Of a stretch of 64,000 nucleotides of DNA, positions 1-10,047 are shown piece by piece. Below the pieces are notes generated by a model that saw only the letters and a program-made list of their open reading frames with translations, was not told the DNA's origin and did not search any database. Each line of letters begins with the position of its first letter. The stretch's first letter is position 1. Where the stretch lies: positions 682,001 to 746,000 of the forward strand of contig NEEC01000010.1 of the NCBI GenBank assembly GCA_002189035.1, written 5' to 3'. The position numbers and the translations under genes were made by a program. The DNA comes from Utricularia gibba (Eukaryota > Plantae > Magnoliophyta).

Positions 1-468
1 TTCTGGAGTTTTACATCTGGCTAGCTGATGTAGTAGGGCCTTGGAACTGGAACAGTGGAAGCCACCGAGGCCCCAATTTACACCTGTGGAGTGGACAGTG
101 TCAAACTTTAAACTTTATTACAGGGTGGCCCGTTGCCGTCGGGCCAGGGCCACCGGGAACCAAGAAAACGGTGGAGGAAGCATTCCGATTCTGTAGCAGT
201 GAGCAGAGAAGACAAGGAAAGAAAAGAACGGCGTAACCGTTGCACCATTTTCTCTATCTATGCAAATAATCAGGATGTCGCTATTGGGCATTTCGATGCC
301 TTTTCACCGGAAGTAGACAGTCTTCAATGCTCCTAGCTTTTAGATTTTGCATTGCTTGATTTCGCGAGTCGCTGATAAGGGGAAGAAGGTTTGGTTTTAG
401 TGTGGATTGTGCAAAGGATTTGTGATTTGTCCTTCAAATTTTTTGTTTGTTGGGGTTTGGAGTTTGAA

Positions 469-1601
469 ATGGGGAGTTCTGGGTGGGGCAGAGCAATCAC
501 GACCTCTCGTTCAAGATCTTGATGATCGGAGATTCTGCCGTCGGCAAGAGCACCCTCCTTTTCAGTTTCATTTCCAATCTTGTTGACGATGATCTTACCC
601 CCACCATCGGTATGAAATTCACTTCTTCTGGTCAATTTTTCTGCTTCCAACTTGAGTGTTTTATTTAAATACGTTATTGTATTTTTGGTGATTCTAAGGT
701 GTGGATTTCAAGATCAAGTTTCTTACGGTAGGCCACAAAAAATTGAAACTTACAATTTGGGATACTGGTGAGTTTTTTTTAGCTTCTTTGTGTCTTCACT
801 TGGAAATAGTCATATATGAGACTCTTAATATAGAATCGATTGCCATGTATACATGTCTGTCTCTTGTCAGCTGGACAAGAAAGGTTCAGGACACTGACCA
901 GTTCTTATTACAGAGGGGCACAAGGGATCATTCTTGGTTAGTTACTTTGTAGAATTCAAAGCCATTTTCTTGCACCCATGTTGTCTTTGTATCCCCATCT
1001 GATGATTTGTTTATGGGTAGTCTATGATGTAACAAGGCGGGATACATTTAAAAACTTGTCCGATATCTGGGCAAAGGAACTAGAACTGTACTCTTCCGGC
1101 AGGGAATGTATCAAGATGCTTGTTGGAAACAAAGTTGACAGGGTTTTTTCCCATCTTCTGTGTCTTCTTTAGTTTCCCCTTTTTTCCAAATGACGACATC
1201 CCGTGTATGCTGTCTCATTTGTATTATCTGATTCAGGAGTCGGATCGAGTAGTAGATAGGGAGGAAGGGCTGGCCCTGGCTAAGGAACTCGGATGTCTGT
1301 TCTTTGAAAGCAGTGCCAAAACTCGAGAAAGTGTTGAGCATTGTTTTGAAAAGCTTCTGATCAAGGTATGAAGAATGCTTGTTCTTGATACAGACAGAGA
1401 TGAATAACATTTACTTCGAATCCTGACACACATGAATCAGTCATACGGCAATGAGGAGTCTCTAAGGTATTATTTTGTTTCTTGTCCTTGTAACGATGAT
1501 GTTAGATAATGGAGGTTCCACGGCTACTTGAAGAAGGGTCTACTGTAAAGAGAAACATCCTGAAACAGAATCACGCCCGGAGCCGTGGCTGCTGCGCGTG
1601 A
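469..1601 (+). CDS. RABC2: Rab18/RabC-clade small GTPase, 6 exons (469-609, 699-767, 871-936, 1021-1142, 1237-1365, 1506-1601), with an apparent -1 frameshift at 481-483
   Basis: Spliced product reads MGSS(G)[74 protein letters not shown]. All introns are GT-AG and the C-terminus is a CCX prenylation motif. The ATG at 469 joins the main frame only if one G is added to the GGG at 481-483. Confidence 0.92.
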
Positions 1602-2199
1602 GATGCTGCTCCAGGTGCAGTACACTGTAAATGATTATGTTGTGTTGCTGCAACATGCTTGATGCTGTGCTCCTTTTGATGTTGCTGGAGACCAGTGGAA
1701 TGTGTAAAAATCTGTTGATTCGTTATACTCTCCAAGAATGTGTAATACAGACGACCCATGAATAGATAGTTAAGTTGGATATGCATCATACACACAAATC
1801 AATGGCCTCTAACGATCACACGATTTAAATATATAAAAAAACATGAATTATACTTAAAAAAATAGATTCAATAAATTATTAGTAATATATAAATAATTAT
1901 ATATTTAATTATTTTATTTTTAAATTACGATATAAAATTGCTTGCACCTAACTATATAGCCGCCGGGAATTGGCGCCCTGTAGGAGAAACAGACACCCAC
2001 AGCCATAACTCCATTGTTTGGAGTTAGTTTTCATTACAGTAACTTTGATATAACGATGAAGAGGTAATGATGGAGTAACCAGCGGCGGCCCCCCATATGG
2101 GCGTGTCATGAATGGTGTGGGGACGCAGACTACAACATCAAGAATTTTAGTGGGAGTGACCACGCCGACCCATCAGATCAATTCCCGGTTGCGCTCTAC

Positions 2200-2600
2200 T
2201 AGAGCTGGGCACGGTTACGGGTTGACCCGTTTATCCGGCGGGTCAACCCGTGACGGGTCCAACCCGTAACCCGTAACCGTCAAAAATGGGTACGGGACAG
2301 GTCGGTTGTACACGGGTACGAGACGACTCGACGGATCAGTGTAAATAGGCCTAGCGTATAGTATATTAAGAAGTGTTGGACTAATTCACAAAAATATGAA
2401 TAATGGGTAGTCCATACCCTAATTATCAATGAATATATTTAATATTATTAAAGTTAAAAAAAATGACGCATGTCAACCCGTGACCAGAACGGATCAGCCC
2501 ATCCAATCCCGTCAACTCGTACCCGTCCAGTCAGCCATTTTATTTTTTACCAGGCGGGTTCTACCCGTGACCCGCCGAGTCGGACCCGTTCCCACCTCTA
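2200..2600. mobile_element. Non-autonomous hAT element (MITE), 401 bp
   Basis: Imperfect TIRs: TAGAGCTGGGCA at the left end, TAGAGGTGGGAA (reverse complement) at the right end. 8-bp TSD CGCTCTAC (2192-2199) / CGCTCTAG (2601-2608), 7 of 8 match. Dense subterminal ACCCG/CGGGT motifs. Confidence 0.85.
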
Positions 2601-3650
2601 CGCTCTAGTAATAATGACTACGCCGTAATTCCATTCCCATTGTCATCATCTTCTCCAATTTAAATTCTCTCCCTGTTAAACCACTCATTTTATATGCTTC
2701 TTCATTTAGCCCGAGGAGAGCAAACAGAGCTCCTCCTCGGATACCCACCCCCAACTATGCAAAGACAATCGAGTGAATGTGTGTGATAAGGTTTAAAATT
2801 TGTGAAATACCTCTAATCTACAATCAATGTTGTGAAAATAACGTATTTTACAAGAGAAAAAGATAGGCATTTAGCAAACATACTCCAACTATAGTCCCCC
2901 TTCGTCGGTTGCCCTGGAATATGGCATCCTATGAATGTATAGGATACTGATAACATTCTTTTATTACATCTTGCAAGCAGTGTCTCGATTTTCAGAAGAG
3001 AAACAGAACAAAGAAGCATCTTATGGCCTGGGACGAAATGAAAGGCTATCACGTACAGGAAAAAAATTCCACGCTATACTACAAACGCTTTCTTGAAAAA
3101 ACAGACCACGTTTCCTCCTTAAAGCTGAAGATAGAGAGAGATTCTTTGCCCAACGGTCAACTCCTACTTTTAGTTTATTGATATATTTTGCAGCGCATTG
3201 AATGCTTTCTGAGCACATAGTGACCTAGAAATCTGGGTCACGGGGCCGACCCACGTTGGATTTCAACAGAAGTCATGTGGACTCTATGGATGGGTGTTGT
3301 TGAAGGAAACGGCGTGACTATGTAATTCTCCAATTAGAAAAGCTAAAGCTCTCTGTAAATACATGGTTTTAGTCTCTGCGTAGGAAATGGGAATGGGGAC
3401 TTGACTACACAATATTCTTTGCAGGTTGTGAAAGGAAAAATATCGAAAGAAGAAGAACTTACAACTTCTCTTTTTCCTCCTGCTACTCTGCTTTTTTAGG
3501 TCAGGCTTGTTCTTTTGTCTTCCTTTGCTTTCGCATTGGATGTCCACCCAGGCACTCTTGTTATAGACAATACCACGCTCCCAAGGAGCCGGAGGAGAGG
3601 GTTTACACCTAGGCGCCTCTTCTCCATCGTGTTCTTTGGACTGTGCAAAA

Positions 3651-5438
3651 ATGGTGAGGATCGTTCATCTGCTGCTTGCCTTCTGGAGTATCCAAATGGG
3701 ATTCGCTTCTCTCAACCTCACTCTTCCTGGTCAACATCATGACCCTGAAGCAGTTGCTATTGACGTTCACAGGCATGTCAACTTTTGCGTTTGCTTGCTA
3801 TTCTCCTTTCTGAAACGCATTTGCATTTGCTTGCTATTTTGAAGTTTCTATAGCTAGGGGTTTCACATGAAATGTGGTCAATCTGTCTTGGGATATCTGT
3901 AGGTGGATGAAGAATCCTGTTCTTCTCCCTCTGTTTTTAAGAAATCGGTTGCTTGATTTATGCGTATGGTATCAGAAAAAAAAAACTAACTTGTTGAAGG
4001 ATTCGCGCAGAAAAGTGAACGATTCACTTTCTAGAAGACGAGTACTCACCACTGCACAGTCTTCCGACTGCTTGACGGGAAATCCAATCGACGACTGCTG
4101 GCGGTGCGACCCCAGCTGGGAAAAGGACCGGCAGCGCCTCGCAGACTGCGGGATTGGTTTCGGACAGTATGCCCTGGGCGGCAAAGGCGGCCGCTTTTAT
4201 GTTGTCACCGATTCCTCCGACGACGACGCTGTGAACCCAAAACCAGGGACTCTACGTTATGGGGTTATCCAAACTGAGCCTCTTTGGATCATCTTTTCTG
4301 CGAACATGCTCATACGGCTCTCGCAAGAGCTGATTTTCAATTCCTACAAAACCGTCGACGGCCGCGGTGCCAACGTCCATATAGTTGGCGGCGGCTGCAT
4401 AACTCTGCAGTTTGTGACAAACGTTATCATCCACAACATTCACATCCACCACTGTTATCAGGCAGGGAGACTTTAGTGCGGTCGAGCCCAACCCATTACG
4501 GGTGGCGGACGATGTCCGATGGCGATGGCATAAACATCTTCGGCGCCAAAGATATTTGGATCGATCACTGTTCGCTGTGGAATTGTAAGGATGGGTTGAT
4601 TGATGTGATTATGGGCTCGACGGCGATCACCATATCGAACAACCATTTTGCTCATCACAATGAAGTAATGCTCTTGGGGCATAGCGATGATTATCTACCA
4701 GATTCTGGTATGCAAGTCACCATCGCTTTCAATCATTTTGGGCGTGAGCTGATTCAGAGAATGCCCAGATGCAGAAGAGGGTATATCCATGTCGTTAACA
4801 ACGATTTCACCAGGTGGGAAATGTATGCTATCGGCGGCAGCGGCAATCCCACAATCAACAGCCAGGGAAACAGATATATTGCGCCCTTCGATTTCAACGC
4901 CAAGGAGGTAAAAGTTTACAATTTGAGCTGCTCTTCGTGCAGAATGAGATAAAAGTTTGTTTACGTGTTCCTTTCAGGTGACTAAGAGAGTGGATTCGGT
5001 TACTGATGAATGGAAGGACTGGAATTGGAGGAGTGAAGGTGATATAATGGTGAACGGAGCCTTCTTCGTTGCTTCTGGACAGGGAATTCAGGAGAGGTAT
5101 GAAAAAGCTTATAGCGTCGAACCCAAATCTGCAGCATATATTGTTCAACTCACCGCCAATGCCGGCGTTTTCCGCAGCAGGTTTTTCCCATTTCTAGACT
5201 TCCCTCACAGTTCTTTCATGATACCAAATTGAAGCATGTGATAATTTTTTCCAGACGGAACCATCTGGGCAAGTGGGCAGCCGACGGCATTGGCGCCGGA
5301 GCAAATTTAGTAGGGAACTCCGGCATATTTGATGATGAGGACGATGCCACTTCCAGTGGAATGAGGACTCCCATAGCAGCTACTACCACAACCTTGTATG
5401 TTTTTGCTTGCTCCTTGATCTTAAGTAGGAGTGTTTAG
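3651..5438 (+). CDS. Pectate lyase (PL1), PMR6/At5g04310-like with C-terminal extension; 4 exons (3651-3772, 4011-4907, 4978-5180, 5255-5438), apparent -1 frameshift at 4465-4467
   Basis: Signal peptide, then [55 protein letters not shown] and WNWRSEGD motifs, and a hydrophobic C-terminal tail. Intron 1 is best explained as GC-AG. Confidence 0.93.
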
Positions 5439-5714
5439 GAAACTCTAGATAAGTGGATTGGGACGACGAGATCACTCTGTTGGAAGGGAGCAATTCCCAT
5501 TAGTTTCATGTTCGCCCCTCACAGAGCAGATCTTTTCTTCTGTGGAATCGCTACTGCTATTCCATTTCCTTGTAGGACGAATGTCGAACATTGACTTACG
5601 AAGAAGTTTAAGGATATCTTTTTCAGTTACATTATATTTTGTGGACTATCCAATCAGGATCAACATAGAAAAACCATGTACATATATGATCCTTGACAGC
5701 CTATGATCATGTTA

Positions 5715-7477
5715 TCAAGTTTCTTCGGTGTACTCTTTTGCTCTGAACTTCTTATAGATGTCTCCCTTGTAGAACTTTCTTGTTCTGATGACAAGAGCAA
5801 AAGAAACGAGGCATCCTACAAAAGTAGCCATGGTGATTATCAGAAACGCCATCTTGTAGCAGTGAACACCGACGCAACTCAGATCTTGGCCGGCATGTCT
5901 CACAAGTCCCTCTTCAGCGAGTTGCTTTCTGGCTTCTTTATCATATAAATAGCCTGTAACTTTCACGTTGAAGATGTAGGCTCCAAGCGGGCTTGCCCCG
6001 CCGCCTACGCTATACAAAGTGGAGTAGTATTTCAGGCCAAAAAGTTCAGATATGATGGCGAAGACCAATGGCCACATTGCGCCAAAGCAAAACCCAATGA
6101 TGACCGAAGCTGCGTAGAGAGAATGCGGGACTCCGAAAGCAATGAGAATGTGGCCGCCGCAGCAAAAAAGAAGTACCAATGTAAGCATCAGTGGGCGTGG
6201 GAATTTATACTTGGCAAGGAATATCTCAGACGAGAAGCCTGATCCCACTCTGCCCAGATAGCCCCAAATGCTGACCAAAGAGACGAATGTGGAGATGCTT
6301 TTAGTGGGATACCCCAAAGCAATGCCAATCTGGCCGAGATTATCAATGGCGGTCAACGTCCCACCGGCACCGAATGTTACTGATATGAAGAGGATGATCA
6401 TGTCGATGCTGCACAAGGCCTGGAGAATGGTGTAGTCTTCGCCTCTTTCGGGTGGATTTAAAATGTCGCTCCACCACCGAGGAGTATGCTGCTGCGGCTT
6501 TTCTAATCGGTCCTCAGCCTGAGATGGTACTTCCACCTGAGTCATGTCCTGTTGGGATGGCACATGCTGCTCAGCCGTCGGCGGAGTTGGGTTTTGGATG
6601 ACTAGTTTTAATGGAGACACCGCTTTTTTTCGGGACAATATCTTGCTACGCCGGAGTTTGAGTTCTTCTCTGAAAACAATGGCGACTGGAGCAACTAGAA
6701 GAATCAGCACAACAATGGAACATCCTGCAGACGCAGCTCCGGGGAAAACAAGTCCATTTTGTAAGATAATCAATAGCATTAGAATGCCCGCTAGGACAAG
6801 GGATACATAAAGAAGATCGTAAAATACTTGGACTTCATTCTCTTGTCTAATCGGTTTCATCAAACGGACAATTCGAAGAAGAAGGAACGAAACCGCCGCT
6901 GGCAGCCAGGCGATAAGAAGAATCAACGAAGTGGAGTCGTTCCCGTAAAACCCACGGTAAAGCTGAGTTATTATGGCGCCGCTCAGGCCGGTGAATCCCT
7001 TCAGAAGACCGATTACGATTCCCTGCTTTCGGGAAAATTCTTAACGCAAGTGACCAGAGCGCCGGTGTTGGAAAATGTCTGCGAATTCGCACCGATGAAA
7101 ATGTAAAGACACATCTGCCACAACTGGGGTTTTGTCGTCCGCCCAGAGACAGCAAGCCAAATCATGAAATAGCCGGAGAAATTCATCGTGAGACCGATGG
7201 CAAGAACCACCCACGGCGGAGTAATCTCGTTGACTACACCAGAAATAATTCCGATGTTACCACCGAGATCCTTGAAGAACCCCACCAAATTCAAGGTTGT
7301 TTGGTCGTATCCCAGCGCCGTCTTGATATCGTTCGAGTAAATCCCGAAGATGTAACTGGCGCCGGACACAGACATGATTAGGAGGCAGGCGAAAACCATG
7401 AACCACCGGCTCAACAGTACCTGCCGGCAGAAGGCTCCAGCGCTGCCGAACCTCCGTCGAAGCTCCCCCGCCACCAT
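5715..7477 (-). CDS. Nodulin-like (NFD4-family) major facilitator superfamily transporter, intronless, apparent -1 frameshift at 7021-7023
   Basis: The 154-aa and 403-aa ORFs join into one ~587-aa multi-pass membrane protein (YDQTTLNLVGFFKDLGGNIG, VTCVKNFPESR[G]IVIGLLKGFTGLSGAI, GTLTAIDNLGQIG, IISELFGLKYYSTLY) when one G is added to AGGGA on the coding strand. Confidence 0.9.
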
Positions 7478-7856
7478 CGCCGACCCACGGAGCAGTTGTG
7501 TTGACCAGTTTCAAATATCAGTTAATTGCTCTTATTACAAGATTAGACGCCAGCCAACGCAAAAGTCTGAGCAAGATTTGGTATAATATCTTCAAATAAA
7601 TGCCGAATTCATTTAATATAAGAATAATGATAGAAAACAAATGTTCAAGTCTGAAAAAGATCCCGTGGAGTTTTTGGTTTTTACTACTTAGGTTGATTTA
7701 GATCCATTGCTTTGCTTCTGTTTGTGTGTGTAAAATAGGCACAAGCGAGCAGAGCACAATAGTATCGTCTCCCCATTTTCAGGTAACTGGGATCTGTTAC
7801 TGCATCTATTGCCCAAATTGCGAAGCACCCATGTCGTTGGAGGCATGAAAACTCAC

Positions 7857-8952
7857 TCACCGCCACCCACATTCCGGTGTCAGCGAATGATCCCTTTTGT
7901 AATCCCTGCAATAGTCATAAATCATATACTTGCTCTGCACCCATTCCATAGCTCGCCATTGCTCTCCCGTCAGCCCGCCGGAGGGGAATGGTGAGGCCGA
8001 TACACGGCGGCATGTCGCCGGCGCAAAGGCAGTGCACCCACTCGCCTTGAATTCGGTGAACTGCCCAACAAACGGCTGATACCGATAGTCGGCCTTGTAT
8101 TTACCATCGTCCGTGGCCCAGGAGGATGCATCCCATATCGATCCATACACCCACATCGGCCTCAAGGGAAAAGTGGAAACGCTCTTGTTTGGGTACCATC
8201 GTATCGGCACATCATCGACCAAGAATCTGAATCCACGGATAAATCAGAGAGACTGAAATCCGATCGTACGTAAAGGAAGAAAAACAGCGTTTGCTATCTA
8301 TTTACATGATTTCGTTTTGAGTCCACAGAACGGCGTAGCGATGAAAGTCTTGTGTTGGGTCGAACCAGAGATGGAATTTCATTTCTCTTCCGATAATGTT
8401 TCCGTCTCCACTCCCTCGTACGTAGATGTTTGTCTGAAGTGTGTAGGGTTCTCCCAACGCCGCACCGAGGAACTCAATGTCGATTTCATCGTGATACCCC
8501 GGGTGAGCCTCGCTGTTAGAGAGCTAAAAGAAGCAACGACCAGTTATTTCTTTTTTCACGTGAAAACAGTGGCCCATTTTGGCGTAAAGCGAGACACAGA
8601 GTATTCCCCTGCGTTCTGTCTATCTGGTAAAGAAGAAGAATCTTACGTAAAAGGCAGTGTTGACGCCAGCGGTGTACCCCGGCTGAAGCTTAATGGATGC
8701 GCCGAAGTAACCCGAATGAAACGGCTTCACAGACTTGAAGCCGCTCCCTGAGGCCCTGTCGAGCCAGATGGTGGTGACGCCATTGGAGTCGACTCTCTGA
8801 TGAGACGGGCCCCAGAGGTTTTTGTAGCCGCGGTCGAAGCGGAGAGATGGAAAATGGCTGCTGGGGTAAAATCCCGGTAGCGGGGGCGGCTGATCGGCGG
8901 CGGCTGTGTGGAAGAGGAGGAGGAGGAGGAGGAGGAATAGGAGAGGAGACAT
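7857..8952 (-). CDS. XTH32: Xyloglucan endotransglucosylase/hydrolase, group IIIA; 3 exons (8952-8647, 8523-8306, 8226-7857), 297 aa
   Basis: Leu-rich signal peptide, PGFYPSS..NLWGP, catalytic [39 protein letters not shown] and C-terminal [21 protein letters not shown] introns; exons total 894 nt in frame. Confidence 0.93.
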
Positions 8953-8992
8953 GAAAATGGAGGGAGTGAAGTTACCTACCACTACTAGCAGT

Positions 8993-9014
8993 GGGAGGGG
9001 AGGGAGGGGAGGGG
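8993..9014 (+). repeat. G-tract cluster GGGAGGGGAGGGAGGGGAGGGG (G-quadruplex motif) just upstream of the XTH start codon
   Basis: Five runs of 3-4 G separated by single A, 41-62 nt upstream of the ATG at 8952, on the template strand of XTH. Confidence 0.7.
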
Positions 9015-10047
9015 ATGGTACATGGGATTGGAATGAGTGGTATAAGTAAAGAGTGAGAGAAGGGTTGCTTGTACATCCCACAACACTCGAGTAAATGCTC
9101 CACTGTTAAGGGTGGCGGTGAATGGGCGGGCTGGATGATGGGGTGTGGGGAGACCCCAGTGTCGGTGTGGAGAAATCAACAGTCAGTCGGTAATACATAG
9201 TTTGTTTTGTTTCTAGTGTATCGATATAACAAGGATGACTCGATGGTGTGTAGCAAACAATAGCAGCATATCCAAATAGGAAAATAAAATAAAATAGGTA
9301 GGGAGGATGAGAGGCAATAATGCATACTACTGTTGGGACTTGGGACTAACGGGAAATCAAAGTCCAAGGGGGATCGGGATTCTCTTGCATTATTTGGAAT
9401 GGATTAACTGGGGGTTTAGGGTAGAGAGTAGAATCGGGTTGCTCCAACCCTAATCTAATCTAATCTAATCAATGCCTTGATGATGATGATGGAGTAGACT
9501 GAGGAAGCCTTCTCCTATTCACACACAAGAGGAATACGACACTGTCCGTATTACCAGAGTCGTCTCCCCAGCAATCCAAAGTCCAGTCCTACGCCAGCCA
9601 GCCAGCCCCCGGTTTCGACAACACAATATGTTAAAAAAAACAGCGTGGATTCAAGTATTTATTACACGGGGTTCGGCAACGGGTGGATAATCTATTCTTT
9701 TCATAAATCGGTAGACGGCCGGCCGGCTGATAAGGACGACCCGGAAGTGCGTCCTCTTCCGCGTGGGACGCTTCTGGCCCTAACATCACGGGCACTATCC
9801 ATTCGACACCGTGCCTTGTGACAAAACACGAGATGCATCCACCAGTCCAATGTTTGTAGAGGTATTGAGCGTTTTCATATCATTTCGGAGAAGGAAAGCA
9901 ACAGTAAATCCTTCATATTACCTTCTTCATGCTTTCCATGGCGCGTGTCATGGGGATGATGACCATGGCTCTACCCGATTAAATTGGAGGAGGGAGCAAT
10001 TTAATCGACAAGGTAATAAACATATCGAGAGTTCATAGAAATGATAT

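Noticed and set aside
525-551. [10 protein letters not shown]-loop variant in RabC2 as a functional oddity
   Set aside because: Ala at this position is common in other plant Rab GTPases and the GxxxxGKS consensus is intact.
1963-2188. 10-bp inverted repeat CCGGGAATTG / CAATTCCCGG as MITE ends
   Set aside because: No TSD and no extension beyond 10 bp; such a match is expected by chance somewhere in 64 kb.
9745-9779. Short imperfect hairpin (GGAAGTGCGTCC..GGACGCTTC) upstream of XTH32 as a MIRNA
   Set aside because: The stem is far too short for a plant pre-miRNA.
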